From Rhodobacter capsulatus SB 1003 (GTDB taxonomy: Bacteria; Pseudomonadota; Alphaproteobacteria; Rhodobacterales; Rhodobacteraceae): 32,000 nt of DNA. The stretch is taken from contig NC_014034.1 in assembly GCF_000021865.1 (NCBI RefSeq), forward strand, positions 180,001 to 212,000, read 5' to 3'. The position numbers were made by a program, and so were the translations under genes. This document shows positions 23,033 through 29,260 of this stretch, piece after piece. The notes under the pieces are model-generated. The model did not search any database, had not been told where the DNA came from, and was given only the letters and a program-made list of their open reading frames with translations. Every line of letters begins with the position of its first letter. The stretch's first letter is position 1.

Positions 23033-24148
23033 ATGGCCGACCAAACCCCGCTGCTGGGGCTGCCCCTCATCCTGCCGTCGCAGGCGCAAAAGCACGTCAC
23101 CCACAACGAGGCGCTGAGCCTGCTCGATGCGATCGTGCAGCTGGCCGTGCTGGACCGGGTGCGGACGGCGCCGCCCGCCTCGCCGCAGACCGGCGACCGC
23201 CACATCGTCGCCCCCGGCGGGGCGGCGGCCTGGACCGGGCAGGACGGGGCGGTGGCGCTTTGGACCGGCAGCGGCTGGCTGTTTGCGCAGCCGCAGCCGG
23301 GCTGGACGGCGCGGGATCTGTCGGACGGGGCGCTTTTGATTTTCGACGGCAGCCTCTGGGGGCCCGCTCCGGTCGCGACCGACAACCTGCCCGGGCTGGG
23401 CATCAACACCACGCATGACACCACGAACCGGCTTGCCGTCCAGGCCGCGGCGACGCTGCTCAGCCATGCGGGCGCGGGCCATCAGCTGAAGATCAACAAG
23501 GCCCTGCCCACCGATACCGCAAGCCTGCTGTTCCAGACCTCCTGGTCGGGCCGGGCCGAGATGGGCACGACGGGCAGCGACAGTTTCGCGATCAAGGTCA
23601 GCGCCGATGGCACGGCCTGGAAGACGGCGTTCAGCTTTGCCGGGGCGACGGGGCTTGCCTCGGGTCTCGCTGTGCAGCAATCGCGGACCGATGTCACGGC
23701 GGGGCGGTTGATGCGGGCGGATTGGGGCTACGGGCCGGGCAATCTGCTCGGCACGGTGGCACAAAGCGCGGGCGTGCCGACGGGGGCGGTGCTGGAACGC
23801 GGCACGACGGCGAACGGCGAATACATCCGCTTTGCCGACGGCACGCAGATCTGTTTCGCGCAGCGCCCGCTCGGGTCGATCATCGCGCAGGGCGCGGGGT
23901 CCTTTGCCGCGCCCTACCGGACCGCCGATGTCAGCTGGACCTATCCCAAGGTGTTTTCGGCCGCGCCGGTGGTGACCTGCCGCGGCGTGGCGCCGGTCGG
24001 GCTGACCCAGGACCGGCGTCTTTGCGCGGGCGGCGTCGGCGATCTGGACGCCACGGCGGCGACGGGCATTCATGTCGTGCGGCTGGGCGGCGCGGCCAAT
24101 GCCGATGTGTTCAAGGCCGATCTGATCGCCATCGGCCCCTGGGTCTAA
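23033..24148 (+). CDS. DUF2793-type phage/GTA tail-fibre-like protein with a C-terminal knob
   Basis: N-terminus MADQTPLLGLPLILPSQAQKHVTHNEALSLLDAIVQL...GDRHIV...AAWTGQDGAVALW..GWLF matches my memory of the DUF2793 signature. Middle part LGINTTHDTTNRLAV...HQLKINKA..DTASLLFQTSWSGRAEMG..GSDSFAIKVSADG..W. C-terminal GEYIRFADGTQICF... resembles tail-fibre tip domains. ATG at 23033 with GGAG 8 nt upstream. Confidence 0.7.
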   Translation: MADQTPLLGLPLILPSQAQKHVTHNEALSLLDAIVQLAVLDRVRTAPPASPQTGDRHIVAPGGAAAWTGQDGAVALWTGSGWLFAQPQPGWTARDLSDGALLIFDGSLWGPAPVATDNLPGLGINTTHDTTNRLAVQAAATLLSHAGAGHQLKINKALPTDTASLLFQTSWSGRAEMGTTGSDSFAIKVSADGTAWKTAFSFAGATGLASGLAVQQSRTDVTAGRLMRADWGYGPGNLLGTVAQSAGVPTGAVLERGTTANGEYIRFADGTQICFAQRPLGSIIAQGAGSFAAPYRTADVSWTYPKVFSAAPVVTCRGVAPVGLTQDRRLCAGGVGDLDATAATGIHVVRLGGAANADVFKADLIAIGPWV

Positions 24149-25065
24149 AGCCGCCGCAGCAGCGCCCCGGCATAAAGCGACAGCTGCCCGCGCAGGCCTT
24201 GCCGGTAAAATCCCGCGCGGCGGATCGCGGCCAGGCTTTGCAGCGGCGGCAGGCTGCGGGCGCGTTCAAAGGCCGCCAGAAGGGCGCGGTTTTCCGGCGT
24301 CAGCAGATCCTCGATCGCCCGCAGCGCGGCGATGTTGCGTTTGCACCAGTCGGAAAACCGCCCCGTCACCAGCATATGCGCCCGGACCAGCGTTGCCAGC
24401 GCGCCGCGGTTCGCGCCGATCACGTTGCTCTCGTGCTGACGATACAGCAGATGCGGCGTGTCGTCGAAGATCACCCGGCCGCCGATGCCGGTGATCACCT
24501 GATAGATCCACCAGTCATGGATCACCGTATCGGTGGTGCGCAGCGCGGCGGCGCGGATCGCCTCGGCCCCGGCGCGGTTGAGCACCATCGTATTGCCGCC
24601 CGCGATGTTCTGCACCAGCGCATGCGCAAAGGCGGCGGGTCGGGGCGCGCCGCGCGACAGCCGATGCCCGGTCAGATCCTCGTTCACCTCGAAGGACCGG
24701 CCGCAATACATCGCGGGCTGATCCGTCGGCCCCTGCGCCAGCGCCGCCGCCGCCACCTGCAGCTTTTCGGGCAGCCAGACATCGTCCTGATCGGAAATCG
24801 CCCGCAGATCGGTTTCGACCGGCAGCCGCAGCAGCGACAGGAAATTCTGCGCCGCCCCGGCCCGCGGCCCGGCCAGCAATGTCACGGCGATCCCGGGATG
24901 GGCGGCGGCCCAGCCCGACAGCACCTCCACCGTCGCATCGGTCGAGCCGTCGTCGCTGACGATCAGCCTTGCGGGCACAAGGCTTTGCGCGGCGAAACTG
25001 TCCAGCTGCGGCACCAGCCGCGCCGCGCCGTTCCAGGTCGCCATCAGGATCGTGACCGAGGCCAC
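24145..25065 (-). CDS. Family 2 glycosyltransferase, rhamnosyltransferase-like
   Basis: VTILMATWNGAARLVPQLDSFAAQS...LIVSDDGSTD and ISDQDDVWLPEKL motifs. Start set at the GTG at 25065 (8 nt after the rmlA stop). The ATG at 25044 is the alternative. The track ORF to 25413 overlaps rmlA. Confidence 0.85.
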   Translation of the reverse strand: MASVTILMATWNGAARLVPQLDSFAAQSLVPARLIVSDDGSTDATVEVLSGWAAAHPGIAVTLLAGPRAGAAQNFLSLLRLPVETDLRAISDQDDVWLPEKLQVAAAALAQGPTDQPAMYCGRSFEVNEDLTGHRLSRGAPRPAAFAHALVQNIAGGNTMVLNRAGAEAIRAAALRTTDTVIHDWWIYQVITGIGGRVIFDDTPHLLYRQHESNVIGANRGALATLVRAHMLVTGRFSDWCKRNIAALRAIEDLLTPENRALLAAFERARSLPPLQSLAAIRRAGFYRQGLRGQLSLYAGALLRRL

Positions 25066-25072
25066 CGCCGCC

Positions 25073-25948
25073 TTACCCTTCCAGCAGCTTGCGCAGGTAA
25101 TCGCCGTAATCGTTCTTGCCAAAGAGCTTCGCCCGGGCGCGCAGGCCCTCGGCATCGATCCAGCCACGTTCAAAGGCGATCTCGTCCGGGCTGCCGGTCT
25201 GCAGGCCCTGCCGTTTTTCCAGCGTGCGGACGAAATTGCCCGCATCCAGCAGGCTGCCATGCGTGCCGGTGTCCAGCCAGGCATAGCCGCGGCCCATCGG
25301 ACAGACGCGCAGGCTGCCCTCGGCCAGATACATTTCCAGCAGCGTGACGATTTCCAGCTCGCCCCGTGCCGAGGGGGTGACCTTGCGGGCGCGTTCGGGG
25401 GCGCTGCCATCAAGGAAATAAAGCCCTGTCACCGCGAAATTCGACGGCGGCACCGGCGGTTTCTCGATGATCGCGCGGACCTTGCCCTCGGTGTCGAAAT
25501 CCACCACGCCATAGCGCTCCGGATCGGCGACGCGATAGCCGAAGACGGTTCCGCCGGTCGCATGGGCATCGGCCTCGGCCAGCAGCGCCGAAAGCCCGTG
25601 GCCGAAAAAGATGTTGTCGCCCAGCACCATCGCCGAGGGGGCGCCGTCCAGAAACTCCTCGGCCAGAAGATAGGCCTGCGCCAGCCCGTCGGGCGAGGGC
25701 TGCGCGATATAGGTCAGGCTGAGACCCCATTGCGAGCCGTCGCCCAAGGTGCGCTTGAACTGCTCCTGATCGATCGGCGTGGTGATGATCGCGATCTCGC
25801 GGATGCCCGCGAGCATCAGCACCGAGAGCGGATAATAGACCATCGGCTTGTCATAGATCGGCAGAAGCTGCTTCGAGACGCCGATGGTGATCGGGTAAAG
25901 CCGCGTGCCCGAGCCCCCGGCCAGAATGATGCCCTTGCGTGTCGTCAT
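25073..25948 (-). CDS. rmlA: Glucose-1-phosphate thymidylyltransferase
   Basis: KGIILAGGSGTRLYPIT, SKQLLPIYDKPMVYYPLS, and YGVVDFD...EKP over 291 aa. Confidence 0.96.
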   Translation of the reverse strand: MTTRKGIILAGGSGTRLYPITIGVSKQLLPIYDKPMVYYPLSVLMLAGIREIAIITTPIDQEQFKRTLGDGSQWGLSLTYIAQPSPDGLAQAYLLAEEFLDGAPSAMVLGDNIFFGHGLSALLAEADAHATGGTVFGYRVADPERYGVVDFDTEGKVRAIIEKPPVPPSNFAVTGLYFLDGSAPERARKVTPSARGELEIVTLLEMYLAEGSLRVCPMGRGYAWLDTGTHGSLLDAGNFVRTLEKRQGLQTGSPDEIAFERGWIDAEGLRARAKLFGKNDYGDYLRKLLEG

Positions 25949-25949
25949 G

Positions 25950-26798
25950 TCAAATCTCCAGTTCTTTCAAAACCTTGGAAAGACCCGCCTGCCAGTCGGG
26001 CGCGGCGATGCCGAAATCGCGGGCCAGCGCCGCGCAGTCCATCCGGCTGTTGAGCGGGCGCAGCGCGGGGGTCGGATAGGCCGCGGTCGGAATGCCCGTC
26101 ACCGCCACCTTGCGCCCCGCAAGCGCAAAGATCTCGCGGGCGAAATCGGCCCAGCTGACCCAGGGGCTTGCCGCCGAAATGATAGGTGCCGCCGGGCTTG
26201 TCCGGCGGCCATCTTCCGCGCCATCAACGATCAGCGCCGCCGCGATATCGGCCGCGGGCGTCGGACCGCCGATCTGGTCCTCGACCACGTTCAGCGCGTC
26301 GCGGCTCTCGCTCAGCCGCAGCATGGTTTTCACGAAATTCGCCCCATGCGCGGAAAACACCCAGGAGGTGCGCAGGATCGCCGCAGCGCCCCCCGCCGCC
26401 CGGACGCCCTGTTCCCCGGCCAGCTTGCTGCGGCCATAGGCATTTTGCGGCGCCACCGGATCGGTCTCGACCCAGGGCGCGCTGCCCGCGCCGGAAAAGA
26501 CGTAATCGGTCGAGACATGCAGGAAGGGGATGCCCCGGGCGGCACAGGCCCGCGCCATCGCCGCGGGGGCCGCGCCGTTCACCACCGTCGCCGCGGCTTC
26601 CTCGGTCTCGGCCTTGTCCACCGCGGTCCAGGCGGCGGCATTGATCACCGCCTCGGCGTCGCTGTCCCGGATCGCGGCCGCGCAGGCTTCGGGATCGGCA
26701 AGATCGGCCTGCTCGCGTCCCAGAAACCGGGCCTGTGGCAGCTGGCGTTGCAATTCTGTCGCGACCTGACCCGTCCGACCAAACACGAGAACCTTCAT
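25950..26798 (-). CDS. rmlD: dTDP-4-dehydrorhamnose reductase
   Basis: MKVLVFGRTGQVATEL at the ATG at 26798, catalytic YGRSKLAGE, 282 aa. Its stop is 1 nt from the rmlA start. The track extension to 27035 overlaps the upstream ORF. Confidence 0.93.
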   Translation of the reverse strand: MKVLVFGRTGQVATELQRQLPQARFLGREQADLADPEACAAAIRDSDAEAVINAAAWTAVDKAETEEAAATVVNGAAPAAMARACAARGIPFLHVSTDYVFSGAGSAPWVETDPVAPQNAYGRSKLAGEQGVRAAGGAAAILRTSWVFSAHGANFVKTMLRLSESRDALNVVEDQIGGPTPAADIAAALIVDGAEDGRRTSPAAPIISAASPWVSWADFAREIFALAGRKVAVTGIPTAAYPTPALRPLNSRMDCAALARDFGIAAPDWQAGLSKVLKELEI

Positions 26799-26800
26799 TT

Positions 26801-27478
26801 TCAGCCCCTGACCCGAGTGTTGATACGCAAGTCGAGCCCGTCGAACAGGCCCGGTTGACCGATCGCCCGCGCGAAGGCGGGCAGGATGTCGCCCTCTTCG
26901 GCGCAGATCCGGTCGTAATCCAGCACCACCGGCGTGCCGATCCCCTGCCAGAAGGCCAGGATCGCCGCGGAGTCGTAATACCAGGCACCATCGGTGCTTT
27001 GATCGTCGGGCAGCGCCTTCTGGGCTTCCCAGCACCCGGTCTTGCGCAGCTGATCGGCGCGCGCGGCCCGCCAGTCGTCCGGATTGCGCAGCGTGATCAG
27101 CGGCACGATCCGCGCGAAGGTCGGGGCCAGCGCGGATTTCAGCGCAAAGGCTTCAAGCGGCGTGCGCAGCAGGCAGAATTCCTCGCTGCTGATGACCATC
27201 TCCGGGGCGGTTCCGCGCGCGGCCGCGATCTTTGCGGGAACCGCGGCAAGCCGGGCCAGATCGGGCAGCGGATCGCCATAGGACATCCGCGGCGTCGAGC
27301 GGATCTCGGGGCGCAGGAAGGTGTTGGCCAGGGTCCAGGCATTCGCTTCGGGAAAAACCGCAACCCCCGCCGCCCGCAGACGGGCGGCCGAAAGTTTCAG
27401 CGCCCGCTGGATCGATGTCGTCCCGGTCTTGTGGGTGCCGACATGCAGCCAGAGCGTGCCCGTTCCCGCCTGGTTCAC
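26801..27478 (-). CDS. Sulfotransferase-fold hypothetical protein inserted in the rml operon
   Basis: [16 protein letters not shown] (P-loop-like 5'-PSB) and [17 protein letters not shown] (3'-PB-like). A GTG at 27478 overlaps the rmlB TGA (GTGA). The stop is 2 nt before the rmlD ATG. The alternative GTG at 27532 would overlap rmlB by 58 nt. Confidence 0.65.
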   Translation of the reverse strand: MNQAGTGTLWLHVGTHKTGTTSIQRALKLSAARLRAAGVAVFPEANAWTLANTFLRPEIRSTPRMSYGDPLPDLARLAAVPAKIAAARGTAPEMVISSEEFCLLRTPLEAFALKSALAPTFARIVPLITLRNPDDWRAARADQLRKTGCWEAQKALPDDQSTDGAWYYDSAAILAFWQGIGTPVVLDYDRICAEEGDILPAFARAIGQPGLFDGLDLRINTRVRG

Positions 27479-28536
27479 CCCTTGACCCCCAGTCGCTGGC
27501 CGACGCCCTCGCGGTTCTGCAGCGCCCGCCACCAGCTTTCGTTGGCCAGATACCAGTCGACGGTGCGTTCCAGCCCCTCTTCGACGGTGACCGAGGGCCG
27601 CCAGCCCAGTTCGGTGCGGATCCGCGTCGGATCGATCGCATAACGGGCGTCATGGCCGGGGCGGTCGGTGACGAAGGTGATCTGATCGGCATAGCTGCCC
27701 GAGGCCTTCGGCCGCTTGCGGTCGAGGATCTCGCAGAGCGTACGGACCAGCTCAAGGTTGGTGCGCTCGTTCTCGCCGCCGATGTTGTAGCTGCGCCCGA
27801 CCGCGCCCTTTTCGACCACGGTCAGAAGCGCATCGGCGTGATCCTCGACATAAAGCCAGTCGCGGATGTTCGAGCCGTCGCCATAGATCGGCAGCGCCTT
27901 GCCCGCCAGCGCGTTCAGGATGATCACCGGGATCAGCTTTTCCGGGAAATGGAACGGCCCGTAATTGTTCGAGCAATTGGTCAGCAGCACCGGCAGGCCA
28001 TAGGTCTCGTGCCAGGCGCGGACCAGATGATCCGAGCCCGCCTTCGAGGCCGAATAGGGGCTGCGCGGATCATAGGGCGTGTCCTCGGTGAACTTGACCT
28101 GCGGATCATGCGGCAGGGACCCGAAGACCTCGTCGGTGGAGATGTGATGGAAGCGGAAGGTCCCGGGACGGCCGCGGCCTTCCCAATGCTGCCGGGCGGC
28201 CTGCAGCATCTGATAGGTGCCCATCACATTCGTCTCGATGAAGACGCCCGGCCCGTCGATCGAGCGGTCGACATGGCTTTCGGCGGCCAGATGCATCACC
28301 GCATCGGGCTGATGGCGGTCCAGAATGGCCAGGATGGCGGCGCCGTCGCGGATGTCGGCCTGCTCGAAGGCATAAAGCGGCGAGCCGGCGACCGAGGCCA
28401 CGTTGTCCAGACAGGCGGCATAGGTCAGGGCATCGACATTGACCACCGCATGACCGCGCGCGATCGCCAGACGCACCACCGCGGAGCCGATGAACCCTGC
28501 CCCCCCGGTCACGAGAATCTTCATGGCAAATTCCAT
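27475..28536 (-). CDS. rmlB: dTDP-glucose 4,6-dehydratase
   Basis: [13 protein letters not shown] and [15 protein letters not shown] (YxxxK). About 350 aa. The start is ATG 28536 or, more typical for the family, ATG 28524 (MKILVTGG). Confidence 0.96.
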   Translation of the reverse strand: MEFAMKILVTGGAGFIGSAVVRLAIARGHAVVNVDALTYAACLDNVASVAGSPLYAFEQADIRDGAAILAILDRHQPDAVMHLAAESHVDRSIDGPGVFIETNVMGTYQMLQAARQHWEGRGRPGTFRFHHISTDEVFGSLPHDPQVKFTEDTPYDPRSPYSASKAGSDHLVRAWHETYGLPVLLTNCSNNYGPFHFPEKLIPVIILNALAGKALPIYGDGSNIRDWLYVEDHADALLTVVEKGAVGRSYNIGGENERTNLELVRTLCEILDRKRPKASGSYADQITFVTDRPGHDARYAIDPTRIRTELGWRPSVTVEEGLERTVDWYLANESWWRALQNREGVGQRLGVKG

Positions 28537-28568
28537 TTCTTCTGGTTTGAAACAGGCTTACTTGCGCA

Positions 28569-28598
28569 GATTGCAAAGGACAACCGGCCTTTGCAATC
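28569..28598. repeat. Perfect 11-bp inverted repeat in the rmlC-rmlB spacer
   Basis: GATTGCAAAGG-ACAACCGG-CCTTTGCAATC. Relatively AT-rich for this DNA. No T-tract follows on the transcribed (minus) strand. Confidence 0.8.
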
Positions 28599-28612
28599 CT
28601 GTCGGTCTCGGC

Positions 28613-29176
28613 TCAGCCCTGCCAGCTGAAAGCGCTGTCGAAATCGGCGATCCGGCCCGCGACCGCATCCTTGGCCGACAGAACCGGCTCCAGATCGCCC
28701 ATGCCCCAGTCGATGCCGATGTCGGGGTCGTTCCAGATCAGCGCGCCCTCGGTTTCCGGGTGATAATAGTCCGAGCATTTGTAGATGATCTCGGTTTCCG
28801 GCGCGCGGGTGACGAAGCCATGCGCGAAGCCCTTGGGCACCAGAAGCTGGCGGCCGTTTTCAAAGCTCAGCTCGGCGCCGAACCACTGCCCGTAGGTGGG
28901 CGAGCCCTTGCGGATGTCGACCGCGACATCAAAGAGGCAGCCCTTGCCGCAGCGCACCAGCTTGTCCTGGGCATGCGGCGGGTTCTGGAAATGCAGGCCG
29001 CGGATCGTGCCCACGGTCATCGACAGCGAATGGTTGTCCTGCACGAAAACGGTGTCGATCCCGTGCTCGGCCAAAGCCTTGGCCGAATAGCTTTCGGAAA
29101 AGAAGCCCCGGTGATCGCCGAAGCGGCGGGGGGTGATCAGCTTGACACCGGCAAGCGGCGTGTCTTCGACGAACAT
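28613..29176 (-). CDS. rmlC: dTDP-4-dehydrorhamnose 3,5-epimerase
   Basis: FGDHRGFFSESY, RGLHFQ, and KLVRCGKGCLFDVAVD. Start set at the ATG at 29176 (MFVEDTPLAGVKLITP) with GAGGA 7 nt upstream. Confidence 0.94.
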   Translation of the reverse strand: MFVEDTPLAGVKLITPRRFGDHRGFFSESYSAKALAEHGIDTVFVQDNHSLSMTVGTIRGLHFQNPPHAQDKLVRCGKGCLFDVAVDIRKGSPTYGQWFGAELSFENGRQLLVPKGFAHGFVTRAPETEIIYKCSDYYHPETEGALIWNDPDIGIDWGMGDLEPVLSAKDAVAGRIADFDSAFSWQG

Positions 29177-29220
29177 CGCGGTCCTCGTTGCAACAGGGGT
29201 TCCGCGTCTCCTTAACAATT

Positions 29221-29253
29221 GCTTGCGACAAAGTCACCCGGCCTGTCGCAAGC
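29221..29253 (-). terminator. Hairpin after the RTX gene: weak terminator or mRNA-processing element
   Basis: GCTTGCGACA-(13 nt)-TGTCGCAAGC, a perfect 10-bp stem 8 nt after the stop at 29261. On the minus strand it is followed by AATTGTTAA, which is only modestly U-rich. Confidence 0.4.
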
Positions 29254-29260
29254 GCTGCCC

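Noticed and set aside
23027-25347. ORFs 23027-24073 (-) of 348 aa and 23722-25347 (+) of 541 aa.
   Set aside because: Antisense or out-of-frame to the DUF2793-like gene and the GT2 gene. No motifs are present and the composition is extremely Arg/Gly/Pro-rich.
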